From Synergistales bacterium (GTDB taxonomy: Bacteria > Synergistota > Synergistia > Synergistales > JAFGMB01): 64,000 bases of DNA. A program made the translations under genes and the position numbers. Where the stretch lies: NCBI GenBank assembly GCA_963666205.1, contig OY762654.1, positions 1,824,001 through 1,888,000 of the forward strand, in the 5' to 3' direction. Positions 29,999-40,092 of the stretch are shown here, in pieces; the stretch's first letter is position 1; every line of letters starts with the position of its first letter. Under the pieces are notes generated by a model. It worked only from the letters and a program-made list of their open reading frames with translations. It had not been told where the DNA came from and made no database searches.

Positions 29999-31681
29999 TT
30001 AAAATACCCTGTCCTCAAGCATGGCTCCTTCATCGGCCTGGAGTGCCATTTTGGCGCATATACCCAGGATCCCCCCCTTTACCTTGGGAGGCGGAGGGGT
30101 CCATGCTTCAAGTCTTTTTTTAATAATTTCATCAGGAATGTCGAGATCAACCCTTCTGTCGTCGATATCTATAGTTACAGGATCACCATCCTCAACTATT
30201 GACAGAGGTCCGCCTGTCGCTGCTTCCGGAGTTATATGACCCACTGCGGCACCTTCTGTGAAACCCGAAAATCTTCCATCCGTAAGGACATACACATCCT
30301 GGCCAAGTCCCAAGCCAACCAGGGCATCGGTGGTCATCATCATTTCCCTCATCCCGGGTGCTCCCCTGGGGCCTTCATAACGAATTACCACTACATCACC
30401 TTTTTGGATTTTTCCTCCTATAACGGCTTCATGAGCCTTGTCATCCGAAGAGAAAACTCTGGCTAAACCCTTGAACCTGCGGCTCTTCTGCCCGATGGTG
30501 GTGGTTCGGCATATGGCACCTCCAGGCATGAGGTTTCCCCGGATAACAGCGATGCCTCCATTCTCAAAGACGGGGTCGTCTGTTGTGGTAAGAACATCCC
30601 TGTTGAGAGATCTTGCCGTCTTCATGATATCTCCAGCAGTTTTGCCGGAAACCGAGGCGGCGGAACTGTCAAGATAATCTCTTAGTTCCCCCATGATTGC
30701 AGGGACCCCTCCAGCATGATGCAGGTCCATTACAGTCGCCTTTCCGGTAGGAATGACTCTGGATATTACAGGGACTTCCCTGGAGAGTCTGTCAAAATCG
30801 TCAAGGGTCAGGTCGATTCCCAGTTCACGGGCATAGCTGAGAAGGTGGAGTACCCCATTGGTGGACCCCGCAATTCCCAGGAGGAGGGTCACAGCATTTA
30901 TGATATTTTCTTTTTTGATTAGTTGGGAAGGGGTGATTCCCTCTCTGGTAAGTTCAACAGCTCTTCTGCCGGTCTGGGTGGCATAACGGAGTTTTTCTGC
31001 ATAGACAGCGGGAACAGTGGAGGAACCCGGAAGGGCCATTCCCATCCCTTCCATCAAAATCTGCATGGTGTTGGCTGTTCCCATTAGAGCACATGCTCCT
31101 GCACCGGGGCAGACATGATCTTCCAGGTATTTCAGTTTTTCCGATACATCCTTTTCACCATACTGGGAACCGAAGACAAGCTGGTCAAGCTCGGACATGA
31201 CAGCCTGTCTTCCCTCGCAGGTGCATGTAAGCTGGGGGCCGCCTGAGAGGAAAATGGTCGGAAGTCCCGACCTTATAGCCCCTATGAATACACCGGGGAT
31301 GATGCTGTCGCAGGAGGCGAGGATAACAAGACCGTCAAGAAGCTGGACATTGGCCATTATCTCCACGGAAGAAGCGATGACGTCCCGTATCACAAGCTCG
31401 TATCTCATGTGAGGGGTCCCTATGGGAACGGCTCCGCAGGTGGCAATGGTACGGAATTCAAAAGGGGTACCTCCAGCCTGCCAGATCCCGGCTTTGACAT
31501 GTCTGGTGAGATGGTCAAGATGGACATGTCCCAGAGCGGCATCATTGGCTGGATTAACCACACCTATAAGAGGTTTCGAGAGATCTATATCATCATAACC
31601 CGCACCTTTATATATGGCTCTTCTGGAAGCCGCGGCACTTGTTGAAAAAAGTTTATCTTTCGCAGAACGGTAATTCTCCAT
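29999..31681 (-). CDS. IlvD/Edd family dehydratase (divergent)
   Basis: CPGAGACALMGTANTM, GSTN..LHL, YEGPRGAPGMREM, TDGRFSG, GHITPEAA. Start moved to ATG 31681. Confidence 0.88.
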   Translation of the reverse strand: MENYRSAKDKLFSTSAAASRRAIYKGAGYDDIDLSKPLIGVVNPANDAALGHVHLDHLTRHVKAGIWQAGGTPFEFRTIATCGAVPIGTPHMRYELVIRDVIASSVEIMANVQLLDGLVILASCDSIIPGVFIGAIRSGLPTIFLSGGPQLTCTCEGRQAVMSELDQLVFGSQYGEKDVSEKLKYLEDHVCPGAGACALMGTANTMQILMEGMGMALPGSSTVPAVYAEKLRYATQTGRRAVELTREGITPSQLIKKENIINAVTLLLGIAGSTNGVLHLLSYARELGIDLTLDDFDRLSREVPVISRVIPTGKATVMDLHHAGGVPAIMGELRDYLDSSAASVSGKTAGDIMKTARSLNRDVLTTTDDPVFENGGIAVIRGNLMPGGAICRTTTIGQKSRRFKGLARVFSSDDKAHEAVIGGKIQKGDVVVIRYEGPRGAPGMREMMMTTDALVGLGLGQDVYVLTDGRFSGFTEGAAVGHITPEAATGGPLSIVEDGDPVTIDIDDRRVDLDIPDEIIKKRLEAWTPPPPKVKGGILGICAKMALQADEGAMLEDRVF

Positions 31682-32389
31682 TTTCAAACCACCAGCTTTC
31701 TCCAAAATAGAGTATTTACAGGTATAAGTTCCGTCAAAATATTGAGACAATTCAATTCTAAAGGAAAAAGGGTTTCCGTATAGGGGGTAATACTCTGAAA
31801 TCCTGAGATCAAAGGAACGCATACCTTATAACATAAAGGATGTTTGAAGGAATTGAACACGCAACAAACAGTATGGTGGATAGAAGAGGCGCCTTTATTT
31901 TGTTGAATGATGGTTTACGGCCTATTTCAACGTACCGTAAATGGCCATAATATATTTCACTTCAGAATCCGGAATTGATTTACTGCTGAGGTTAATACCT
32001 CTTTCCGATACAACATTTTCTGCAAAAACTGCTTGATCGTCCTTCCAGGCGAGCTTCGACAACTATTTTTGCCAAGAAAGCTATAGATTTGACTTGATGT
32101 TTTTAGGTAATATAATAAAGCGATAAAGAGCTATTTACTCCTGATATCGATATTTCAACCGTATTTTAAAAACGATAATTGTTCTTTCCCTTTACTATTG
32201 AAGCTAGAACCAATTCTTCCATAAACCTTCAGTTGTCAATCAATTCAAACCTGAGTATTCAGGTCGATCCTTCACCTCTTTTCATGAGAATATGCTCTTT
32301 TCCCGGATCTAAAACAGTGATGTGGAACAATATCTGTCATCTTAGACAGGTCAGTATAGGCGATGTCACATGTCCAGGAGGGAAATATC

Positions 32390-32794
32390 ATGGGTATACT
32401 CAAGGAATTCAGGGAATTTGCAGTAAAAGGAAATGTTGTCGATATGGCTGTTGGTATCATCATTGGTTCAGCCTTTGGAAAGATCGTTTCATCTTTTGTA
32501 GGTGATGTGATCATGCCTCCGATGGGAGTAATTCTGGGCGGAGTCGATTTTTCCAATCTGGCTTTTACTATCCAGGAGGCAGTTGGAGAGACGCCTGCTG
32601 TCGTGATTGCTTATGGCAGATTCATTCAGACACTTATCGATTTTACTATCATTGCAATGGCGATCTTCATTGCAGTCAAGGGAATAAATTCACTCAAGAG
32701 GAAGGAAGAAGAAATATCACAGGCTCCGCCGGCACCTTCGACAGAGGAGGTATTGCTTTCTGAAATTCGCGATTTGCTTAAAGAACGGAGGTAA
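32390..32794 (+). CDS. mscL: Large-conductance mechanosensitive channel
   Basis: [23 protein letters not shown]...V, LL.EIRDLL. Confidence 0.97.
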   Translation: MGILKEFREFAVKGNVVDMAVGIIIGSAFGKIVSSFVGDVIMPPMGVILGGVDFSNLAFTIQEAVGETPAVVIAYGRFIQTLIDFTIIAMAIFIAVKGINSLKRKEEEISQAPPAPSTEEVLLSEIRDLLKERR

Positions 32795-32896
32795 GTCGTA
32801 TCCGGCAAAGTTCCAACTTCTGTTCCTGAACAGGACACTTTTACAGAGTCCGGGTACATAACCTTAAGATTAGCTCATAAAGTAAGGGGAAATCAG

Positions 32897-33532
32897 ATGA
32901 ATAAACCCTTTTCAACTGAACAGTTCTTGAATGTATTTAAAAATAACGATTTTTCTTTCTGGTCAATGCAGATCCTTTTATATGTATCAGCTTTGATCAT
33001 AATAATTCTTGCAATTAACAGGAAAAATTATTCTGATAGGGTTATCGGATTGATACTGTCATTTTTCTGGCTATGGATGGGATTTGTTTGTCATTTGATC
33101 AATTTTACTTCATTCAGTACAGCTACCCATATCTTCAGTATTCTTTATCGGGTTCAGGGACTTCTATTTCTTTTTTCGGGTGTTTTCAGAAACAAGCTTT
33201 CCTTTAGATACCGATCAGATATTTATGGAGTTCTGGGCAGTTTCTTTATCTTGTATGCCCTGGCATTCTACCCCCTTTCTGGATATTTCTTCAGGCATCT
33301 TTACTCCGGACCCACTGTCTTTGGAGTTCCTGGACCGATAACGATCTTCACATTCGGGATCCTGTTGTGGTCAGATAAAAAAGTACCTCCATATCTGTTA
33401 GTTATCCCCTTACTCTGGACAGCAGCCGGCTTCAGAGAAGTAATAGACATACATGTCAAGGAAGATTTCGGTTTGGTCATCGCGGGAATATCGGGAGTCA
33501 TTCTATTAATTTACAGGGACAGAAGAAGATAG
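32897..33532 (+). CDS. Integral membrane protein (DUF6064-like)
   Basis: PFSTEQFL.VF..., W.WMG, FGVP.P.TIFTFG, IPLLW, ED.GL pattern. Confidence 0.65.
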   Translation: MNKPFSTEQFLNVFKNNDFSFWSMQILLYVSALIIIILAINRKNYSDRVIGLILSFFWLWMGFVCHLINFTSFSTATHIFSILYRVQGLLFLFSGVFRNKLSFRYRSDIYGVLGSFFILYALAFYPLSGYFFRHLYSGPTVFGVPGPITIFTFGILLWSDKKVPPYLLVIPLLWTAAGFREVIDIHVKEDFGLVIAGISGVILLIYRDRRR

Positions 33533-33620
33533 CAGAACATCAGAACGGTAATAGCAGGAAAACATTTGATTTGGAGGGTGTACAGAAATTGGAAAAAGAA
33601 TTAATTAATCATGGAGGAAC

Positions 33621-33977
33621 ATGGGAATGAAAGAACACGAAAAAATAAACTACGTCGAGTTCCCAGCGAAGAATATCGAGGTCGTCAAAAATTTTTTTGC
33701 AACAGCATTCGGGTGGACCTTCGTAGATTATGGTCATGAATATACGGCCTTCTCAAGTCAAGGTATCGATGGCGGTTTTTTCAGATCCGATCTGGCAGCC
33801 GTGACTTCAGGCGGGAGTGCCCTTATCATTTTTTACAGTAAAGATCTTGAGCAGACTCAGGCGAAGATCGAGGATGCTGGTGGTTCGATCATAAAACCCA
33901 TATTTCCTTTTCCAGGTGGACGCCGTTTCCACTTTACCGACCCCAATGGGAACGAGTATGGAGTGTGGTCAGATTGA
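33621..33977 (+). CDS. VOC/glyoxalase family protein
   Basis: INYVEFP, FGWTF.DYG.EY, FPGGRRFHFTDPNGNE. Confidence 0.9.
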   Translation: MGMKEHEKINYVEFPAKNIEVVKNFFATAFGWTFVDYGHEYTAFSSQGIDGGFFRSDLAAVTSGGSALIIFYSKDLEQTQAKIEDAGGSIIKPIFPFPGGRRFHFTDPNGNEYGVWSD

Positions 33978-34051
33978 AATTGTACCTGATATGGCCAGTC
34001 CAAGGCTCATGTTCTTCAAGCCATGGCAGTTTGAGATATTTGAAGTCATAG

Positions 34052-35080
34052 TCACCTTTCCCTGTGGATGGTCCACATTCTTGCGAGCTCGTCCTCTTCG
34101 CAGCGAATTTCTGTTTCTATGGAGAGCTGCCCTTTCCTTGTAATTGAAATCCCATTACCTTCCCTTGCCTCTCCTGCTCTTGCTGCGGGAATGCCGGCCT
34201 TATCAAGGGCATGCAATGTTATTTCGGTGTTTTCATGCGGCATGGTACATACGAGAGAACCTGAAGAGATCATTTTCAGAGGGTCAAATGAAAAGGCCTG
34301 TGCAAAACGATCCACAATGGGTCGGGAAGGTACAAGATCTGCATCTATTTCCATTAATAATCCGGATAGCCGTGCTATTTCCATGGTGGTTTCCACTATG
34401 CCTCCCCTGGTTACGTCGTGCATCGCTGTGGCTCCATTATCGGCCAGGATCATTGCTCCTTCCACTACACTGACTTCTTTTGCCAGTTTTGAAGCTTCCT
34501 GAATTTCGTTATCTGTAAGGCCAAGGAATTTACCCTCTTCCCTGAAATCAGTGGCAAGAATGGAAGTTCCCTCTATGCCGGCCCCTCCTGTTATGATCAC
34601 CTGGTCACCAGGTCTTGCTCCTCCGGTCTTTACGATCCTGCGTTTCATGGCAGGTGCTATGGCCGTGACTGCGACCACTGGTCTGGAAATACCCGAGGAG
34701 TAGCCCGTGTGTCCGCCTACGATGGTGACCTCTATTTCCGCCGCAGCCTTTGCAGCATCTGACATTATTTCCTTGACAAGCTGATGATCCTCTCTGGAAG
34801 GAACCAGCAGAAGGATCTGGGCCCATCTCGGCCTGATCCCCGAACAGGCTATGTCATTACAGGCTACGTGCATGGCAAGCCAGCCTATACCTGAAACTGC
34901 ACCCACAATGGGATCCACGTGGGAGAGAAGGATATCTCCGCCAACTTCGGTAAGTGCCACATCCTCCCCAAAGGTGGAACCCATGAGCACCGAAGGGTCA
35001 TGATGTTTACTTCTGGTGTAGGGATAAACGCACTCCTGCAGAACTTCAAAGGGAAATTTCGACACCTTTACCACCCTCAT
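34052..35080 (-). CDS. AIR synthase-related (PurM/HypE/ThiL-like) protein
   Basis: GED.A, DPI, NDIA..G, IVGGHT, ARPGD, AMHDVTRGG, ISSG.L. Confidence 0.85.
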   Translation of the reverse strand: MRVVKVSKFPFEVLQECVYPYTRSKHHDPSVLMGSTFGEDVALTEVGGDILLSHVDPIVGAVSGIGWLAMHVACNDIACSGIRPRWAQILLLVPSREDHQLVKEIMSDAAKAAAEIEVTIVGGHTGYSSGISRPVVAVTAIAPAMKRRIVKTGGARPGDQVIITGGAGIEGTSILATDFREEGKFLGLTDNEIQEASKLAKEVSVVEGAMILADNGATAMHDVTRGGIVETTMEIARLSGLLMEIDADLVPSRPIVDRFAQAFSFDPLKMISSGSLVCTMPHENTEITLHALDKAGIPAARAGEAREGNGISITRKGQLSIETEIRCEEDELARMWTIHRER

Positions 35081-35303
35081 CCCTGAAAGAATTACCTATA
35101 TTGAATACCTGGGAGGTGCTGGGGTAAAGGTCCAGAAATGCAGTATTCGTCGATCTTTCTGGTTTTATGGCTCATGCTTCCATCGTGTAGGGAGCTGACA
35201 AACGGCAATCTGAAATTGATATGGGGTAAATCAGGCCCTTTTATGTGGGATGTTTGTTATCAGTAGGGAATCGATAAATTGTGAAAGGATGGACAGGCTG
35301 GTC

Positions 35304-36521
35304 TTATTTTCTGTGAAAAGGAGTGAAAAGCCTTCTTTGAACATGATCGGATCCATCATAGGGAACTACCTTGTTTCTTCCCTCTCTCTTGGCCTGATAT
35401 AGTGCTGTATCCGCCTCCCTCATTATCAGGTCAAAGGTTTTGTCCCTTCCGTCCGTTGAAGTAATGCCGATACTGATAGTAAAGTTAATGGAATATCCTT
35501 CATAATTGAAGTTCATTCCTTCGATCATCGATCTTAGCCTTTCCGCCACTTTGAAGGCCTCTTCTTTACCGGTGTTGGGAAGGAGGATGGTGAATTCCTC
35601 CCCGCCGATACGCCCGGCCAGATCAGTGGGTCTAACAGACTTGCTTAAAATACTGGCAAAATCGTGGAGCGCTTTATCGCCGGCGGCATGCCCGTAACTA
35701 TCGTTGATCTCCTTGAAATGATCGATATCCAGAAGAAGTACAGAAAGGATACTATTGTCCCTTCTTGCTCCTGCCATGGCTTTACCGGCTAATGTCGAGA
35801 GGGCCCTTGTGTTGAACAATTCCGTGAGATGGTCTATCTCAGAAAGTTGCCTGAGCTTTTCAACAAGGCGAACCGAGATAAGGAAGATGTATCCCAGGGT
35901 CATGGCAAAAATGAAGATTATGAGTTCGAAAAATAATATCTTTGCCATTCCTCCACCCTGAAAAAAGGGCATCTCAGGGGATGCAAAGATCAGAAGGAAG
36001 GAACGGAGGAGATTAAACAGGCCATGAAGGAAAAAGGTCACCGAAAAAGCCAGGAATGGTATGGACCTGCTTGTCAGTTTCTGTGACGTTTCCCAGGATA
36101 TAAGGAAACTCAGGGCTGCTGTGGCCACCGCGCTAAGGGATGCACGGCTGATAAGGCTGAAGAAAGAGTAGGAAAAATATCCTTCATACAGAATATACAG
36201 GAATATGAACAGAATAAAGGGCTTATGTGAAGGAAGTGTTTTACCCATATATGATCGAATACCGAGATAGATCAGGTAATATCCACATAAAATAAGGGTA
36301 TTGGCAATGATTATTGAAAGAAAGACAGTAAGATAAGGTCTTAATATGAGGAGAAAAAATCCTGATGCCAGAGCAAGATTTCCAGCAGCCCAGAGAGGGA
36401 TCCCCGGAACTGATGGATTCCAGATAAGAAGTACCATATGAGAAAAAATTACAATGCTTACCAGAATACTATTTACGTAAACGAGGGTATTCAGGTCAAG
36501 GCTTTCAAAGAAATCCAGCAA
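35304..36521 (-). CDS. Membrane-anchored diguanylate cyclase
   Basis: Multiple TM segments at the N-terminus; DHLT.L.N.R, DIDHFK.IND.YGH..GD, R.GGEEF. Confidence 0.92.
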   Translation of the reverse strand: MLDFFESLDLNTLVYVNSILVSIVIFSHMVLLIWNPSVPGIPLWAAGNLALASGFFLLILRPYLTVFLSIIIANTLILCGYYLIYLGIRSYMGKTLPSHKPFILFIFLYILYEGYFSYSFFSLISRASLSAVATAALSFLISWETSQKLTSRSIPFLAFSVTFFLHGLFNLLRSFLLIFASPEMPFFQGGGMAKILFFELIIFIFAMTLGYIFLISVRLVEKLRQLSEIDHLTELFNTRALSTLAGKAMAGARRDNSILSVLLLDIDHFKEINDSYGHAAGDKALHDFASILSKSVRPTDLAGRIGGEEFTILLPNTGKEEAFKVAERLRSMIEGMNFNYEGYSINFTISIGITSTDGRDKTFDLIMREADTALYQAKREGRNKVVPYDGSDHVQRRLFTPFHRK

Positions 36522-36793
36522 TTATTTTTTAACCTTTCGAGTTATTTGGGGAAAATTCTGTCATTTTATATTCCGAAACCATATCTTTGAAGTCATAATG
36601 TGTCAAGGAGTCTACGGTGATGGTTTATTGAAATAACGTAAGCATTCAGAATCGAAGAAAATCATCAGATCGTCCATGGGTTAAGATAATTGAGATATAC
36701 CTTCTTTAAATGAAAGGATCTGAGAATCATGGAAGAATCCCTTCGTCAGAGAAAAGAGCGAGTCCTCTGGGACAAACTGGTTTTTCCACGATT

Positions 36794-36807
36794 TTGACAT
36801 AGGTCAA
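36794..36807. promoter_or_regulatory. Crp/Fnr-type box
   Basis: Perfect palindrome TTGAC-atag-GTCAA about 80 nt upstream of the cupin start. Confidence 0.5.
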
Positions 36808-36888
36808 GGAAAGCATAGCAGTTATTTGACATTATATGCATGAAACAGGAAGAGCAGTTTATTCCTGTTGTATGAGGGAGGCAGAGAT

Positions 36889-37233
36889 ATGATAACCAGG
36901 AAACTTTCAGAAATGGCAATAATGGATAACGCCCACGGAGTGGATGCCAGGAACCTTTACAACACTGAAAATGCCGTGGTAACAGTGATCACCCTGGAAC
37001 CCGGCCAGTCTCTAAAAAAACATATGACACCTGTAGATGTTGTATTCTACGTACTTGAAGGTGCAGGGGTGGTGGAGATAGGGGAGGAGAAACAGAAAGT
37101 TCAGAGAGATACCCTTATCGAAAGTCCTAAAGATGTTCTTCACTGCTGGTACAACGAAAGCACCGAACCTCTCAGGTTTATGGTCATCAAGGCACCCAGG
37201 CCGGCAAGGGAAACAGTCTTTGTGGCAAATTAA
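36889..37233 (+). CDS. Cupin domain protein
   Basis: LEPGQ.L..H, FYVLEG.G, P....H.W.N. SD GGGAGG. Confidence 0.88.
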   Translation: MITRKLSEMAIMDNAHGVDARNLYNTENAVVTVITLEPGQSLKKHMTPVDVVFYVLEGAGVVEIGEEKQKVQRDTLIESPKDVLHCWYNESTEPLRFMVIKAPRPARETVFVAN

Positions 37234-37250
37234 AGATACAGGTTGCAATC

Positions 37251-37278
37251 AGCGGCTCCGAAAGGGGCCGCTTTTTTT
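37251..37278 (+). terminator. Intrinsic terminator
   Basis: AGCGGCTCC-GAAA-GGGGCCGCT followed by a T-run. Confidence 0.85.
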
Positions 37279-37316
37279 GATACAAACTCCAGTCAATAAA
37301 TCTTCTTAACCACGAA

Positions 37317-37550
37317 TATTTTCTATTGGTTTAATCGAAAATTTAAAATCTAAAATCCAAAACCGGCTCACCACGGAGGTAAATCTGAGGAACACGGAAT
37401 GGATCTTTTAAAATGTGTAAACCCAAGACCTGAAGGCAAACCCCAAAACAAAGCTAACCTCAGAGGGCGCAGAAGAAATCAGTGTTACGGGATTAATCGA
37501 AAACCTGAAAGCGTCTCACCACTGAGGTCACGGAGGGTCGCAGAGAAGAT
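37317..37550. repeat. Mosaic intergenic repeat (CACCACGGAG/ACCGCAGAG units plus AAAATC heptamers)
   Basis: Segments match the reverse complement of 39699-39786, e.g. TTTTCTATTGG.TTAATC.AAAAT and AGACCTGAAG...GCTAACC.CAGAGG. Confidence 0.7.
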
Positions 37551-37803
37551 CTTTTGATTTTGTCATAAAACTTGAATGATTATTTTTCATAATAAAGTAT
37601 TCAAAACTGAATTAACTTGACACAAATGAAACAGTAGTCATAATCAAAATAATTTTATCCACCTTTAACTATCTTGAGAGATTCATTCCTTACATTGTCC
37701 ATAGCCCTCCCCCTGTTAAAGGTTGATCAGTTCTACAGTTCTTTCCATTTGAGATTTTTCCATTGTTAATTCAATTCTATTTTCCAGAGGAGGTTGTTCA
37801 CAC

Positions 37804-39558
37804 ATGAAGACATCTTGCAAACGTTTCTCTGTCCGTTCTTTTCAGTTATTTTTCATCATGTTTTTGGTTTTATCCTTCTGTTTTATCTGTCAGCCCGGTT
37901 CAGCTGAAACAATTGTGGTTACGAATACCAGTGATGACGTATCTGTGAAGGGATGTCTGCGCTATGCCATAGAGAGCGCAGATATCGGGGATATCATTGA
38001 CTTTGAACTTGATTATCCGGCTACCATAACACTTTCACGTGAACTGGTTATATCGAAGGATATTACAATCCAGGGACCTGGGGCCGAGGACCTTTTCATA
38101 AGCGGTAATAACACCTGTAGGGTTTTTTATATTGATCCATCTGCCATGGACATAACCGTGACCATCACGGACCTTTCAATAGTGAGCGGAGATGCAGGTA
38201 CTGATCTTGGCGGAGGCATACTAAATAAGTCGGATAACCTCACCTTGACTAACTGTACCTTCAGCGGAAATAACGCATATCGAGGAGGTGGAATGAATAA
38301 CCGTTATTCCAGTCCCACAATATCGAACTGCACCTTCAGCGGGAATACCTCCGAATATGTACAAGGGGTCTGGGATTATGGTGGAGGTGGAATGTGCAAC
38401 GACACTTCCAGCCCCACAGTGACGAACTGTACTTTCATCGGCAATACCGCTGCTCTTTACGGTGGTGGGATGATGAATGGGAACAATTCCAGGCCTACCC
38501 TGTACAATTGTACTTTCAGCGGGAATAGGTCAGATGCCAATGGTGGGGGGATGCACAACTTCGCTTCCAGTCCCACAATATCAAACTGCACCTTCATCGG
38601 GAATAATGCGATATCGCTAAGTGGTGGAATGGATAACTACGGTTCCAGTCCTACTCTATATGGCTGTACCTTCATCGGGAATACTGCGTCAAGTGCAGGC
38701 GGAGTTTTTAATAGAGAGAATTCTTGCCCTACACTGTACAATTGTACTTTTCATTTCAACAGTGCAGGATCTGGTGGCGCTATGAGAAATTCCGATTCCT
38801 CCAACCCAATTCTGTATAATTGTACCTTCAGTGATAATATTGCAAACAAACACGGTAGCGGGATATATAATGATGCTTCCAGCCCCAGTTTGACCAACTG
38901 CATATTCTGGGATGAAGGCGATGAGATATATAACGTTACAGTTAGTTGGGTTGACCCAAGCACACCTATCGTAAACTACTGTATCGTCCGGAGCGATGAT
39001 GTCGGTATTGGTACAATTTCCAGTGATATTACCTCGGCAGATCCATTTCTGGAACCCCTGGCTGACAACGGAGGTCCCACATGGACCTGTGCACTGGGTG
39101 AGGGAAGTCCTGCCATTGATGGAGGTATTACCATTACAGAGGTCAGCACAGACCAGCGTGGAGCGCCAAGACCCCAGGGAGCAAGTTTCGATATTGGCGC
39201 TTATGAATCCGGGGTTGGTTTCTATGAAATAACTGCTACGTGGTCGAATGGAGGGTCTATTTCTCCTGACCATGCTATTGCCCTGGCAGGGATCGAGGAT
39301 GAGGTTTTCACCCTTCTGCCGGATGAAGGGTACGTCATCGAAGCAGTCTATGTAGATGATGCCGTTGTTTCATATGATGAGAGCAGCAATACTATCACCT
39401 TATTCGATGTTTCGGCATCCCATGACATATACGCAAGTTTCATGCTGGATGAACAGGATGATGGAGAGGGAGGCGGAGGCTGCTGCATCTCTACCATCCC
39501 TGTGGTAGGATTGTTACTCATGATCCCAATGTTGTTCCTTGCAGGGAAGATTCGATAA
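37804..39558 (+). CDS. Secreted/surface parallel beta-helix repeat protein with choice-of-anchor Q-like domain and Synergist-CTERM-like sorting signal
   Basis: Signal peptide; about 8 repeats of SPT..NCTF.GN....GGGM.N; LADNGGPT....L..GSPAID...DQRG..R....DIGAYE; C-terminal GGGGCC followed by a TM helix and basic tail. Confidence 0.85.
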   Translation: MKTSCKRFSVRSFQLFFIMFLVLSFCFICQPGSAETIVVTNTSDDVSVKGCLRYAIESADIGDIIDFELDYPATITLSRELVISKDITIQGPGAEDLFISGNNTCRVFYIDPSAMDITVTITDLSIVSGDAGTDLGGGILNKSDNLTLTNCTFSGNNAYRGGGMNNRYSSPTISNCTFSGNTSEYVQGVWDYGGGGMCNDTSSPTVTNCTFIGNTAALYGGGMMNGNNSRPTLYNCTFSGNRSDANGGGMHNFASSPTISNCTFIGNNAISLSGGMDNYGSSPTLYGCTFIGNTASSAGGVFNRENSCPTLYNCTFHFNSAGSGGAMRNSDSSNPILYNCTFSDNIANKHGSGIYNDASSPSLTNCIFWDEGDEIYNVTVSWVDPSTPIVNYCIVRSDDVGIGTISSDITSADPFLEPLADNGGPTWTCALGEGSPAIDGGITITEVSTDQRGAPRPQGASFDIGAYESGVGFYEITATWSNGGSISPDHAIALAGIEDEVFTLLPDEGYVIEAVYVDDAVVSYDESSNTITLFDVSASHDIYASFMLDEQDDGEGGGGCCISTIPVVGLLLMIPMLFLAGKIR

Positions 39559-39594
39559 ATTAAGCTGAAGTTTGAGCAAATAGCGCGTATATCC

Positions 39595-39629
39595 AAAGAC
39601 CCCGACACTTAGATGTCGGGGTCTTTTTT
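39595..39629 (+). terminator. Intrinsic terminator
   Basis: AAAGACCCCGACA-cttaga-TGTCGGGGTCTTT plus T-run. Confidence 0.85.
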
Positions 39630-39655
39630 ATTTGGGGAACAGTCTAAAAGCTTGT

Positions 39656-39844
39656 TCACCACGGAGAGCACGGAGGAGGAACTCTGAGGAAGTCCCTGCG
39701 GTTGATCGATTTTAGATTGCCGATTTTGGATTTTTGATTAATCCAATAGAAAACCTCTGCGGTTAGCTTCAGGTCTAAGGGTTTTGGATTGATACAAAGG
39801 AAGAAGGTTTCCTCAGAGCTATTCCTCCGTGTACTCTGTGGTGA
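39656..39844. repeat. 189-bp element bounded by 36-bp imperfect inverted repeats (MITE/REP-like)
   Basis: 39656-39691 versus the reverse complement of 39809-39844: 30/36 identical. Heptamer repeats lie inside. Confidence 0.7.
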
Positions 39845-40092
39845 TAGAAAGGTTTTGATCTAAGGTTTCTACACCTTTATCATCTCTGCAGTGAGCTGGT
39901 AAATTCCCCTCCACGCCAAACCCCTCATCTTTCAAAAGTGCTATCATGTCTTTATTCAGCAGGAGGAATGATCATCTTTCTGCTCAGGTCAGAGAACAGG
40001 GTCAGGTATTTCCAGATCTGCTTTAATGTTTTTCTGATCCTTATCGGTACCTTGATGCTTCTTACTTTCTGCCCACAGGAGGGATAAAGGAT

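Noticed and set aside
31922-32062. Short minus-strand frame ..DQAVFAENVVSERGINL.. that might be a gene remnant
   Set aside because: Under 50 codons with no clear SD; similarity cannot be established by eye.
37317-39844. Possible CRISPR array in the intergenic repeats
   Set aside because: The units are degenerate, irregularly spaced and partly inverted; there is no constant repeat-spacer period and no cas gene.
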